Source: an uncultured Actinomycetes bacterium
Lineage (GTDB): Bacteria > Actinomycetota > Actinomycetes > S36-B12 > UBA5976
DNA: 64,000 bases
Direction of reading: 5' to 3'
Assembly (NCBI GenBank): GCA_903892635.1
Contig: CAITJH010000044.1
Span: 2,108-66,107 of the forward strand
Positions within the stretch are counted from its first letter, which is position 1. Each line of letters begins with the position of its first letter. The notes below the pieces were generated by a model. It was not told where the DNA came from. It ran no database searches and was given only the letters and a program-made list of their open reading frames with translations. The translations under genes were made by a program, and so were the position numbers. Positions 1-9,121 of this stretch are shown one piece after another.

Positions 1-1457
1 TTAAGTGTCAATGGATCAATCGTTGACCGTCGTCGACTTGGCATAGAACGCGGTTCGCGTGAGGCATCACGTGCAGCAAAGAGATCGACTTCAGTCACGA
101 CGACGAACTGTCCGGCCCGACAAATAATTCCATGTTCTTGATGAGCCACAGTCACTTCGACAACACGGTCCGCACCCACAGGTTCATCAACTAATCGCGC
201 TGCTATGTCATGTTCCGACAAGGTCTGCACTACGCGCTGGGCTGAACCGTGACCAGCCATCGCAATTGCTACGCGGTAGCCACTTGCCCACCACGCTCGA
301 ATGTCAGTGACAGCTGCTTCAAAATCAGAACGGTATTCAGTTGTAGGAGATACGTCCGGAATCACATCAAGCGGACCAATCAAGGTGGAAATTTCACACC
401 ACGCCATCGACATGAAAGCGTCTTTCGTTTCGGCGTAATCACGATAGCCCGACTTGCCTAGATCAATTGGTGTTGACTCATTGCCAGCAGTTGCATTACT
501 CCACGAGGCTTCAAGGAACTCCGCACTAGTAGTGACAAGCTCACTGGCACGCGCCGCAATTCTTTCTGGATCCACCTCGATCACTTGCCATTGATTACCG
601 ATGACATCGAGTATCAACTCCATGTCCTCAACTAGGACAGGGATGAGACTTTCCATTCCCTCAACTGCAATGCCTTCACTTATCGGACCAAAAATGTCGA
701 GAAGCTCGGGATGTTTCGAAAGTAATTGTGCGGCACGTTGTTGGACTGATTCATCGATGAGCAACTCACGGCACGCGGTTGCAACCAGCGTTGTTGTTGG
801 TAGACCTAGCGATCTCTGGTCAGCAACGGAGAAGGCTCGGATGTCTTCAACTGTGTCGCCCCAAAATTCAATGCGTACTGGATGTTCCAATGTGCTCGGG
901 AATACATCGACAATTCCACCTCGAACTGCAAACTGACCGCGACGATCAACAAGTTCGACTCGCTCGAAACCAAGTTCAACAAGTCGACGTGATAAGGCAT
1001 CAAGCGACATTTCCGTACCTACGGACAAAGTCAATGGAACGATTTCGCCGAGCCCACGAACGATCGGTTGAATCACGGAACGAATCGGCGCTACCAAACA
1101 ACGAATTGGTGTCGATTCCTCGGGATGTGCCAACCGTCGTAAGACTGACATGCGAATGCCTACTGTGTCACCGGATGGGCTAAGTCGTTCATGAGGCAAG
1201 GTTTCCCATGCAGGAAAAACTGCAATCGAATCGGGATCGAGAAAATCACTCAACGACTTGGCGTACTCATCAGCTGCACGATCGCTCGGAGTAATAACAA
1301 GTACGGGCCGTTCCGATGTGGCAAGTGCTGCTACCAGGTACGGCACACTGCTCGGGGACGTGCCAATCCGAGCGTGAACTCCACTCGCAAGGTCCTCTTG
1401 AACACTGCGAATATGAGAGTCCTGAGCAACTGCTGAGATGACGCGCTGCAAGGACAT
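1..1457 (-). CDS. mfd: Transcription-repair coupling factor Mfd, N-terminal part (gene runs off the left edge)
   Basis: Absent from the ORF track because no stop lies inside the window. My minus-strand translation from ATG (complement of cat 1455-1457) reads MSLQRVISAVAQDSH...FPAWETLPHERLSPSGDT...RRGQFAVRGGIVDVFPSTLEHPVRIEFWGDTVEDIRAFSVADQRS. This is typical of the Mfd N-terminal region, and the frame stays open to position 1. Confidence 0.85.
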   Translation of the reverse strand, partial: MSLQRVISAVAQDSHIRSVQEDLASGVHARIGTSPSSVPYLVAALATSERPVLVITPSDRAADEYAKSLSDFLDPDSIAVFPAWETLPHERLSPSGDTVGIRMSVLRRLAHPEESTPIRCLVAPIRSVIQPIVRGLGEIVPLTLSVGTEMSLDALSRRLVELGFERVELVDRRGQFAVRGGIVDVFPSTLEHPVRIEFWGDTVEDIRAFSVADQRSLGLPTTTLVATACRELLIDESVQQRAAQLLSKHPELLDIFGPISEGIAVEGMESLIPVLVEDMELILDVIGNQWQVIEVDPERIAARASELVTTSAEFLEASWSNATAGNESTPIDLGKSGYRDYAETKDAFMSMAWCEISTLIGPLDVIPDVSPTTEYRSDFEAAVTDIRAWWASGYRVAIAMAGHGSAQRVVQTLSEHDIAARLVDEPVGADRVVEVTVAHQEHGIICRAGQFVVVTEVDLFAARDASREPRSMPSRRRSTIDPLTL

Positions 1458-1461
1458 ATCT

Positions 1462-2223
1462 CTACGCTAGGCAGTGAGTCAAGGTTGGAACAAATTCCGG
1501 TCGTGAAATAACGGCATTGGCGATCATTGTGTCGGCCCGATTGAACTCCAAGTGGTTTCCATCGCGATCCGAAACTGTGAGTCCATAATGATGAGCAACA
1601 CCTAGTGGCGCAGCGATATCCCACTCGTGAAACCCGCCGGTATTGATGTACATGTCAGCAAATCCGCCGATGATGTGAGCTACTTTTGCGCCTACCGAAC
1701 CCATTGCAAAAACTTCCACCGGACGACCCGTATCACTGGTTAGCTCCGATGAAATCTTGTCTATTTCGCGAGGTGGCCGAGTGCGCGAGACCAGAATTCG
1801 AATCGCTTCACTTCTAGCGATGGATGGAATGACTTCATCATCCATCGACAACATTGTTCCGGTCATTGGCACATACACACTTGCAGCGGTGATGTTTCCC
1901 AACGCAGCACTAGCGCGCTCCCACAAGGCAATGTGGACAGCGAAATCATTGCCGCGATGCGAATAATGAGACGTGCCGTCCAATGGATCGATAATCCATA
2001 AGCGATCTTGGGCAAGTCGCGAAGGATCAATTTCGCCTTCTTCACTCAGGACTTCATCGTGTGGTCGAAATTCTCTAAATAGTTCAAGACACAATTCGTG
2101 AGCCGCGCGATCGCCGAGGGCTGCTAGCTCGCGTGATGGCAAACCTGGCGAGTCATTGCGGATTGCTACGAGTAGATCTCCGGCACGCCTGGCGATGTGA
2201 CGAGCCACTTCGTGATCATTCAC
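1462..2223 (-). CDS. cysQ: Inositol monophosphatase family protein, CysQ-like 3'(2'),5'-bisphosphate nucleotidase
   Basis: 253-aa ORF with the IMPase signatures LSEEG and WIIDPLDGTSHY, plus FAVHIALW. It resembles actinobacterial CysQ. The exact substrate cannot be told from sequence. Confidence 0.7.
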   Translation of the reverse strand: MNDHEVARHIARRAGDLLVAIRNDSPGLPSRELAALGDRAAHELCLELFREFRPHDEVLSEEGEIDPSRLAQDRLWIIDPLDGTSHYSHRGNDFAVHIALWERASAALGNITAASVYVPMTGTMLSMDDEVIPSIARSEAIRILVSRTRPPREIDKISSELTSDTGRPVEVFAMGSVGAKVAHIIGGFADMYINTGGFHEWDIAAPLGVAHHYGLTVSDRDGNHLEFNRADTMIANAVISRPEFVPTLTHCLA

Positions 2224-2792
2224 GAGTTGTATGCATTCTGGGTAGCAACAAGACCTTGCGAGATAAGCGACTCGACCGCATCGGCACCATTGCTGACGAG
2301 GAAGTCAACATCAGTGGCTTGCGCACTGGCAAATGGCTTGAGCACGAAATCAGCAGGATCCTGTCGACCCTCTGGTCGGCCAATCCCTAATCGAACGCGA
2401 TACCACTCGCCTGTTCCAAATGAACCTCGAATTGACTTCAACCCATTGTGACCGTTGTCGCCGCCACCAAGCTTGACTCGAATTGTTGCCAAAGGAATAT
2501 CTAGCTCGTCGTGAAGCACGATGATGTGATCAGGATCAATTTTGTAAAACGCGGCAAGTGCCCTAGTCGGTCCACCACTGTCATTCATATACGACAACGG
2601 TTTTACGAGAACTAACTTGTTGTCACCAATTCGAACTTCGGCAACATCAGCCAGTGCTCGTTTATGTCGACCGAGTTTTGAATTCCCACGACGAGCAAGT
2701 TCATCGACGACACGTGCACCGATGTTATGGCGCGTCAATGCATAAGTGGGACCCGGATTTCCGAGTCCCACTATGAGCCATTGATTTGCCAC
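2220..2792 (-). CDS. pth: Peptidyl-tRNA hydrolase
   Basis: 190 aa. The N-terminus LIVGLGNPGPTYALTRHNIG and the motif HDELD are typical Pth signatures. It has a 4-nt overlap with the downstream gene. Confidence 0.95.
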   Translation of the reverse strand: MANQWLIVGLGNPGPTYALTRHNIGARVVDELARRGNSKLGRHKRALADVAEVRIGDNKLVLVKPLSYMNDSGGPTRALAAFYKIDPDHIIVLHDELDIPLATIRVKLGGGDNGHNGLKSIRGSFGTGEWYRVRLGIGRPEGRQDPADFVLKPFASAQATDVDFLVSNGADAVESLISQGLVATQNAYNS

Positions 2793-2797
2793 GAAGA

Positions 2798-3277
2798 TTA
2801 CTCTGCGCTGTCCTCAGCAGGAGCCTCTTCGCTTGCAGTCTCGGCGCCGGCTTCAGCAGCTGGAGCCGCAGCAGCAGCCTGGCGTTCGGTACGTGCAGCA
2901 GCCTTGTTAGCAGCAGCTTCTGCAGCAGCTGTTGCCGATGCTTCTGCAGCAGCCGACGCAGCAGCAGCGTCACGAGCGATTGTGACAGCTTCGTCAGCAG
3001 TAATGATGACCAAGTCAACGTGCTCGACATGACGACGAACTGGGTCAATCTGGATATCGCGAGGTGCAACGATGTGAGTCTTGCCATCGATAACAACTTC
3101 AAGTGAAGTCACCTTGCGGCGAAGAAGAAGTGTGAGTTCGTGTGAATCAACTGCAACGTGTACTGGGGTCGATCCGCGACCGTAGATTACGGCTGGGGTC
3201 TTTCCTGCGCGACGCATTGATCGAGCGGCTCCCTTGCCGAAATCGGCGCGAGCTTCTGCTTGTAATTGGTCTGCCAT
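2798..3277 (-). CDS. rplY: 50S ribosomal protein L25 / general stress protein Ctc
   Basis: 159 aa. The N-terminal L25 fold sequence (RADFGKGAARSMRRAGKTPAVIYG) is followed by an Ala/Glu-rich C-terminal tail. It sits in the conserved position between pth and prs. Confidence 0.9.
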   Translation of the reverse strand: MADQLQAEARADFGKGAARSMRRAGKTPAVIYGRGSTPVHVAVDSHELTLLLRRKVTSLEVVIDGKTHIVAPRDIQIDPVRRHVEHVDLVIITADEAVTIARDAAAASAAAEASATAAAEAAANKAAARTERQAAAAAPAAEAGAETASEEAPAEDSAE

Positions 3278-3423
3278 GTGTTACTCCTTATGGGTCTAAT
3301 GCACGCTCCGCGTGAGACCTTCGTCGATAACGGCTTTCGCAGGTGTGCGACGCCCTCGCCGAGGAGCCTTCCTAGGGTAACTAGCCAGCCAGAGCTGGGT
3401 CAAATCAGCCAGAACGGCCTAGA

Positions 3424-4407
3424 TTAAACGCCGACGTGGTCAAACAGGCTTGTGACAGAACCTTCGTCAAAGACTTCACGAATCGCACGAGCAATCAGTG
3501 GTGCAATCGGAAGAACAGTTAATCCTGGGAATCGATTTTCTGCCGAAATTGGCAAGGTGTCTGTCACAACAACTTCTTTGATTCGCGAATCTTGTAGTCG
3601 TTGCGCAGCAGGTGCCGACAGAACACCATGTGTTGCTGTAACAACCACGTCGAGCGCGCCATTGTCGAACAGAGCTTCAGATGCCTTGACGATTGTGCCA
3701 CCCGTATCGATCATGTCGTCGACAACAACGCAGATGCGACCCTTGACGTCACCGACAACTTCGAGCACCTTGGCTTCATTTGGAACATCTGGATCGCGGC
3801 GCTTGTGAATAATCGCAAGTGGTGCGCCAAGGATGTCAGTCCAACGTTCGGCAACGCGAACGCGACCTGCGTCTGGAGACACGACAGTGATTTTCGAACG
3901 GTCAAGAGTGCGACCAACGTGAGCCGCAAGAATCGGCAATGCAAACAAGTGGTCGACAGGGCCGTTGAAGAAACCTTGGATCTGTGCAGTGTGAAGGTCA
4001 ACGCTCATGATGCGGTCCGCACCAGCTGCGTGGAATAGGTCAGCCATCAAACGGGCAGAGATGGGTTCACGACCTGCGTGCTTCTTATCCTGACGCGCGT
4101 AACCGTAAAACGGAGCAACCACAGTGATGCGCTTTGCTGATGCGCGCTTGAGAGCATCGACCATCAATAGTTGTTCCATGATCCAGTCATTCACTGGAGC
4201 CGAGTGAGTTTGCAATACGAAGGCATCGCAACCACGAACAGATTCTTCGAAGCGAACAAAAGTCTCGCCGTTGGCAAAGTTGTATGCACGGGTTGGTACA
4301 AGATCAACGCCGAGATTCTCAGCTACTGCTTCGGCTAACTCTGGATGGGATCTACCCGCTAACAACACGAGTCGCTTGGCATTGTGTTGAGTGATCCCGG
4401 TCATCAT
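3424..4407 (-). CDS. prs: Ribose-phosphate pyrophosphokinase
   Basis: 327 aa. It carries the PRPP-binding loop VVDDMIDTGGT and the motif YGYARQDKK. Confidence 0.95.
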   Translation of the reverse strand: MMTGITQHNAKRLVLLAGRSHPELAEAVAENLGVDLVPTRAYNFANGETFVRFEESVRGCDAFVLQTHSAPVNDWIMEQLLMVDALKRASAKRITVVAPFYGYARQDKKHAGREPISARLMADLFHAAGADRIMSVDLHTAQIQGFFNGPVDHLFALPILAAHVGRTLDRSKITVVSPDAGRVRVAERWTDILGAPLAIIHKRRDPDVPNEAKVLEVVGDVKGRICVVVDDMIDTGGTIVKASEALFDNGALDVVVTATHGVLSAPAAQRLQDSRIKEVVVTDTLPISAENRFPGLTVLPIAPLIARAIREVFDEGSVTSLFDHVGV

Positions 4408-5861
4408 TAAGCCCCTTCGCCTGAGCTGTTGGTATGAGTAGAGTCTGCCATTGCCGCCTGTGCTGACTTGGAACCGGGTCGGCGACGAACCACCCAGTCA
4501 AGAATGTTGCGCTGACGAGCGCGGGCTACGGCCATTGCACCGGCTGGAACGCTGTCCGTAATAACTGACCCTGCAGCCGTGTATGCACCATCACCAACTG
4601 TGACAGGGGCGACCAACATGGTGTCGCTGCCAATGCGCACGTGCTTGCCGATAACCGTTTCATGCTTGGCAACTCCGTCATAGTTCACAAAGACCGTTGC
4701 CGCACCGATGTTGGTTCCTTCGCCAATGGTTGCATCACCTACGTATGACAAGTGAGGCACTTTTGCGCCATCGCCAAGGTGCGCATTCTTCATTTCAACG
4801 AAGCCGCCAGCTCTTGCACCAGTTCCAAGTACGGTGCCTGGACGAAGGTAGGTGTAAGGCCCGACTGAAGAGTCAGTTCCAATGACGGCACCGTTTGCTG
4901 TCGTTCGAATCACTGTTGCACCGGCAGCAATGGTGGTGTCGTGCAGACTGCAGTCTGGTCCGATCGTTGCACGAGAAGCAACCGAAGTTGAACCAGTCAA
5001 CAGCACGTTTGGCAAAATCACGGCGTCACGTTCAATCGTGACTGTGCTGTCAATCCAAGATGTTGCAGGATCAACAAATGTGACTCCCGAAAGCATCCAA
5101 GCATCGTTAATCCGATCGCGCAGTACCGCACCGGCAACTGCGAGTTGGCGGCGGTCATTGACACCAAGAATGTGAGACTCATGTGTTTCGACTGCACGCA
5201 CAGTATGACCTTCGCTGCGCAGAATAGAAATCACATCAGTCAGGTACTGCTCGCCTTGATCATTACTTGAACCGATCTTGCCTAGAGCATTACGCAATAG
5301 ACCAAGGTCAAACATGTAGACGCCGGAATTTACTTCAGTCAATGCACGTTGCTCGTCTGATGCATCGCGCTCTTCAACGATCGAGTTCACAGTGGAATCT
5401 GAGTCGCGAACAATTCGGCCGTAACCAAATGCATTCTCAAGATGTGCAGTCAAAATAGTTGCGCTTGCACCGGCATGCGCTTGTGAAAGATTCGCGAGGT
5501 CAACCGTGGTTAACAGTGGCGTATCCCCAGCAAGTACGAGAACACTGCCACTGAGTGCCTCTGGAAGTGTTGCCAACGCAACAGACACCGCATGTCCCGT
5601 TCCAAGCTGTTCACTTTGCACTGCCGTGGTTGCCTTTGGCCATTGCGAGGCGAGTTCAGCTTCGACGAGTTCACGACCGTGACCGACAACAACTACTGTG
5701 TGCTCGGCTGATAAAGGTGCAGTGGCGGCAAGGACGTGGCTCACCAACGTACGACCGGCCACAGAATGCAACACCTTGGGCAAGTCTGACTTCATGCGAG
5801 TGCCTTGGCCTGCTGCCAGAACAATGACAGCTGTCGGCGATGCATTGGTCGGTGTTGGCAC
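4407..5861 (-). CDS. glmU: Bifunctional UDP-N-acetylglucosamine pyrophosphorylase / glucosamine-1-phosphate N-acetyltransferase
   Basis: 484 aa. The N-terminus has the nucleotidyltransferase motif LAAGQGTRMKS. The C-terminal half has left-handed beta-helix hexapeptide repeats. Its stop shares 1 nt with the prs start. Confidence 0.95.
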   Translation of the reverse strand: MPTPTNASPTAVIVLAAGQGTRMKSDLPKVLHSVAGRTLVSHVLAATAPLSAEHTVVVVGHGRELVEAELASQWPKATTAVQSEQLGTGHAVSVALATLPEALSGSVLVLAGDTPLLTTVDLANLSQAHAGASATILTAHLENAFGYGRIVRDSDSTVNSIVEERDASDEQRALTEVNSGVYMFDLGLLRNALGKIGSSNDQGEQYLTDVISILRSEGHTVRAVETHESHILGVNDRRQLAVAGAVLRDRINDAWMLSGVTFVDPATSWIDSTVTIERDAVILPNVLLTGSTSVASRATIGPDCSLHDTTIAAGATVIRTTANGAVIGTDSSVGPYTYLRPGTVLGTGARAGGFVEMKNAHLGDGAKVPHLSYVGDATIGEGTNIGAATVFVNYDGVAKHETVIGKHVRIGSDTMLVAPVTVGDGAYTAAGSVITDSVPAGAMAVARARQRNILDWVVRRRPGSKSAQAAMADSTHTNSSGEGA

Positions 5862-5917
5862 ACCACTAGCCTACTTAAGGCCACACGCGCTATTAGCGAA
5901 GTGTGAAGATCAACTTG

Positions 5918-5988
5918 CTCCCGGACGTGGATTCGAACCACGATAAGCACCTCCAAAGGGTGCTGTCCTGCCATTAGACGATCCGGGA
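5918..5988 (-). tRNA. tRNA-Gln (anticodon TTG)
   Basis: I folded a 71-nt cloverleaf by hand. Acceptor TCCCGGA/TCCGGGA. D arm GTCT-AATGGCA-GGAC. Anticodon arm GCACC-CTTTGGA-GGTGC. T arm CGTGG-TTCGAAT-CCACG. Discriminator G. CCA is not encoded. Confidence 0.85.
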
Positions 5989-6037
5989 AAGACGTGAAAA
6001 TCTTAGGCTCTCACAGCGCCATTCCCCAAACTTGAAC

Positions 6038-6066
6038 CAATTTCTTGGCAATTTTGTGGGCAATTT
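6038..6066. repeat. Three phased CAATTT repeats (11- and 12-nt period)
   Basis: Read directly at 6038-6043, 6049-6054 and 6061-6066. They lie between tRNA-Gln and the TetR gene. Confidence 0.7.
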
Positions 6067-6206
6067 CGTACGGTAGCCTTGAAACACACTATCGGGTGAG
6101 TGCCAAAGCAGAAACCCGACGACCTAAGGACACGGGCACCTTGGCTATCGCACACGACACACACGACGAGGGTGAATCACCTATTTTGTCGAACGATCGT
6201 GTGCGC

Positions 6207-6803
6207 ATGACGGGTCACGAACGTCGCGCACAGTTGATTGAAGTTGGTCGCGCCCTCTTTGCCGAAAAGGGATTCGAGTCAGTCACCGTCGAGGAAATTG
6301 CTCAAACCGCTCGAGTTTCTAAGCCAGTTGTCTACGAACATTTTGGTTCTAAAGATGGCCTTTACGCAGTCGTTGTCGACCGCGAAATGAATTACTTGCT
6401 CAACTCGATCACTCAAACTCTTACTGCCGCCCACCCACGAGTTCTGCTTGAACAAGCCGCATTCGCGCTTTTTGATTACATCGAAACTCATAACGATGGT
6501 TTTCGAATTTTGCTGCGTGACTCACCGGTTTCAGCCGCATCAGGAAACTTTGCAAGTTTGCTCTCAGATGTTGCCAGCCAAGTAGAGGCGCGTCTTGCAA
6601 CCGAATTTGCTTCGCGCGGATTCCCACAAGCGATGTCTCCGATGTACGCCCACATGTTCGTAGGAATGGTTGCCCTGACCGGTCAATGGTGGCTTGATGT
6701 TAGTGGCGCCAAAAAAGAAGAAGTTATTGCACACCTTGTGAACTTGGTGTGGAACGGCGCCGTCGGTCTCGAGCGCGATCCAAAACTTGTCACTCGTCGC
6801 TAG
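6207..6803 (+). CDS. TetR family transcriptional regulator
   Basis: The HTH region is ERRAQLIEVGRALFAEKGFESVTVEEIAQTARVSKPVVYEHFGSKDGLY. The ORF is open from 6045. The ATG at 6207 gives a typical ~198-aa TetR with the HTH near the N-terminus, so the start is uncertain. Confidence 0.85.
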   Translation: MTGHERRAQLIEVGRALFAEKGFESVTVEEIAQTARVSKPVVYEHFGSKDGLYAVVVDREMNYLLNSITQTLTAAHPRVLLEQAAFALFDYIETHNDGFRILLRDSPVSAASGNFASLLSDVASQVEARLATEFASRGFPQAMSPMYAHMFVGMVALTGQWWLDVSGAKKEEVIAHLVNLVWNGAVGLERDPKLVTRR

Positions 6804-7305
6804 GCATATTTGCATCGTCAAGCGGCAACACAATCTGACGCAATAAATCAGCGAGCACTCGCTGCTGTTCGATGCTGACTGAATCCAATAGCAAACGCTC
6901 ACGGTCCAACAAGTCTGTCAACGCTTCATCAACCGTTGCTTTTCCAGCATTCGTCAAGTGAACAATGACGCCGCGTCCATCGTTGGGATCAGGCAAACGT
7001 TCCACGAGCCCTTTGCCTTCGAGCCGATCAATTCGATTAGTCATAGTGCCACTTGTGACAAGGGTCAACGCGATTAATTGCGAAGGTGACAAATGGTACG
7101 GAGCTCCAGAACGACGAAGTGCTGTAAGGACATCGAACTCACCGGTTTCGAGATCGTGAGCTGCGAATGCTTCGCGTCGAGCAATATCTAGGTGGCGTGC
7201 CAGTCGCGTTACTCGACTCAAAATATGAAATGGCGCAACATCTAGGTCGGGTCGTTCAAATTGCCATGCAGCAATCAAGCGATCGACGTCATCTTGGGTG
7301 GCCAT
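6790..7305 (-). CDS. MarR family transcriptional regulator
   Basis: 171 aa. It has a winged-helix region (FDVLTALRRSGAPYHLSPSQLIALTLVTSGTMTNRIDRLEGKGLVERLPDPNDGR). Its 3' end overlaps the TetR 3' end by 14 nt. Confidence 0.85.
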   Translation of the reverse strand: MATQDDVDRLIAAWQFERPDLDVAPFHILSRVTRLARHLDIARREAFAAHDLETGEFDVLTALRRSGAPYHLSPSQLIALTLVTSGTMTNRIDRLEGKGLVERLPDPNDGRGVIVHLTNAGKATVDEALTDLLDRERLLLDSVSIEQQRVLADLLRQIVLPLDDANMPSDE

Positions 7306-7343
7306 GTCAGTAAGTGTAAGGCGTTATCGAAATCGCACGAGAG

Positions 7344-8258
7344 TTATGTGGGTACGACTCGAGCTCCGTGTACAGGTCCGTGTGCATGGATTGCACCATC
7401 AACCAATCCAGAACCCATCAAGGCGATAACAAAGTCAATCGCAGCCACTTCAGAGTCAACGAGGAAGGCAACAGTCGGTCCACTTCCTGACACCAATCCA
7501 CCAAGTGTTCCGTGCTCGGCTCCAAACTCAAGTACTTGTCCAAGTTGGGGACGACTTGCGATGGCAGGTGCCTGAAGATCGTTATAGAGATGTGCGCCTA
7601 ATGCGCTCGAATCGCCTTGGGCTAAAGCAGCAAGCAATTCGTTTGGCACACTTGGTGCCTCATCGAAATCAACACCTCGCATATCATCAAGGCGAGCATA
7701 AATCTCGGGAGTTCCCAAACCTTCGCGAAAAGTTGCAAGTACCCAGTGAAAAATTCCTCGCGTCATAACGGGCGAAAGCACATCGCCACGGTTGACCCCA
7801 AGCGCACAACCACCGCGCAACATGAATGGAACATCCGAACCAAGTTGCGCTGCCATCTCTTCTAGTTGTTCGTGGGTCAAGGAGGACCCCCACAATGCGT
7901 TACACGCAACGAGAGTGGCTGCAGCGTCTGCACTACCTCCAGCTAGTCCAGCTGCAACAGGGATCGACTTGTTGATCGTGATACGCACATGAGGCTCAAC
8001 TCCGTATGCGTTGGCAACCAAAGTTGCTGCCTTCCACGCCAAATTCGATTCATCCGTAGGAATAAGCTCGGCCCATTTTCCTGCGCCAAGAATCTCAAGG
8101 CGCTCGGAAACCTCCACAGTGATTTCGTCATAAATACTGAGTGATTGAAACACTGTCGCTAACCCGTGGTACCCAGATTCTTCGCGAGGGCCAACGCCAA
8201 GATACACATTGACCTTGGCTGGAACTCGCACTGTTATCGGATCTGCCACAAGTCTCAC
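7344..8258 (-). CDS. ispE: 4-diphosphocytidyl-2-C-methyl-D-erythritol kinase
   Basis: 304 aa. It has the GHMP kinase motif PVAAGLAGGSADAAA and an N-terminal KVNVYLGV. It follows rsmA in the conserved order. Confidence 0.9.
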   Translation of the reverse strand: MRLVADPITVRVPAKVNVYLGVGPREESGYHGLATVFQSLSIYDEITVEVSERLEILGAGKWAELIPTDESNLAWKAATLVANAYGVEPHVRITINKSIPVAAGLAGGSADAAATLVACNALWGSSLTHEQLEEMAAQLGSDVPFMLRGGCALGVNRGDVLSPVMTRGIFHWVLATFREGLGTPEIYARLDDMRGVDFDEAPSVPNELLAALAQGDSSALGAHLYNDLQAPAIASRPQLGQVLEFGAEHGTLGGLVSGSGPTVAFLVDSEVAAIDFVIALMGSGLVDGAIHAHGPVHGARVVPT

Positions 8259-9109
8259 TGTACTTCGCCTGTCGCACGAGCAATAGCAACAAAATCTTCA
8301 AGAGAAATCTGTTCTCCGCGCAACGATGGATCAATTCCAGCGCGTCGCAGAATTTCTTCGACAACATTTGGAGCTCCGAGTGCCGCACCAAGTGCAGTAC
8401 GCAACGTCTTACGTCTCTGACCAAAAGCAGAGTCAACGATGGCGAACATTTTTTGCCGCAGGTTGTCATCTCCGGGCGTCTCGCGTCGCACGATTCGAAC
8501 TAAACCAGAATCTACGTTGGGTGCTGGCCAAAAAACATTGCGTCCAATCGCACCTGCTTTAGTCACTTGCCCGTACCAGCTGGCCTTCACGCTGGGAACA
8601 CCATAGATCTTGCTTCCAGGTTGGGCAGCCAAGCGATCGGCAACTTCGAGTTGAACCATGACGAGCACTTCACTGATGGATGGAAAATGCTCAAGCATGT
8701 GTAGCACAACTGGGACTGACACGTTGTACGGCAAGTTCGCAACGAGCTTGGTCGGTGCTACCGGCAACTCGGTGATGGTCAGCGCATCTTGTGTAATGAC
8801 AACAACATCGCTTGCTCGCGAAGGTGCGAATTCTTGAATTGTGATCGGTAGTTGTGTTGCTAGGCGTGGATCAATTTCGACTGCGACAACTTGTTTAGCC
8901 TGATCAAGAAGCGCAAGAGTTAACGATCCAAGGCCTGGCCCAATTTCAACAACCACATCACTGGCATCGACATGAGCTTGATCAACAATTCGACGCACAG
9001 TATTTGGATCGATAACGAAGTTTTGCCCCCATTTTTTTGTTGGAGCAACATCGAGTGCCGTTGCAAGACGGCGAATATCTTGAGCGCCGAGTAACTGAAC
9101 GTCGGTCAT
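8255..9109 (-). CDS. rsmA: 16S rRNA (adenine1518/1519-N6)-dimethyltransferase
   Basis: 284 aa. It carries KKWGQNFVIDPN, the SAM-binding motif VVEIGPGLGSLT, and NLPYNVS. Confidence 0.95.
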   Translation of the reverse strand: MTDVQLLGAQDIRRLATALDVAPTKKWGQNFVIDPNTVRRIVDQAHVDASDVVVEIGPGLGSLTLALLDQAKQVVAVEIDPRLATQLPITIQEFAPSRASDVVVITQDALTITELPVAPTKLVANLPYNVSVPVVLHMLEHFPSISEVLVMVQLEVADRLAAQPGSKIYGVPSVKASWYGQVTKAGAIGRNVFWPAPNVDSGLVRIVRRETPGDDNLRQKMFAIVDSAFGQRRKTLRTALGAALGAPNVVEEILRRAGIDPSLRGEQISLEDFVAIARATGEVQ

Positions 9110-9121
9110 GCCAACAGGTAC

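Noticed and set aside
249-1436. Plus-strand ORFs of 70-134 aa (249-461, 601-936, 779-1183, 1191-1436) at the left end of the window.
   Set aside because: They lie antisense to a continuous minus-strand reading frame that translates into a convincing Mfd N-terminus. Their own translations are Cys/Arg/Ser-rich and lack protein-like character.
2725-3106. Three overlapping ORFs in different frames (2725-3102 minus, 2727-3032 plus, 2786-3106 plus) over the 3' part of rplY.
   Set aside because: The GCn-rich codons of the Ala-rich L25 tail keep several frames open. All are shadows of the rplY frame.
3278-3423. The 146-nt spacer upstream of rplY as a possible ribosomal-protein autoregulatory leader.
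   Set aside because: Only small 4-5 bp hairpins are visible (CACGC-GGA-GCGTG, CCTC-GGC-GAGG). I recognise no known leader motif. It probably just holds the prs terminator and the rplY promoter.
6045-6206. The 54-codon N-terminal extension of the TetR ORF given by the ORF track.
   Set aside because: The extension (MAILWAISYGSLETHYRVSAKAETRR...) precedes the normal position of the TetR HTH. It also overlaps the tRNA-Gln promoter region and the CAATTT repeats. The ATG at 6207 gives a canonical-length protein. The call stays uncertain.
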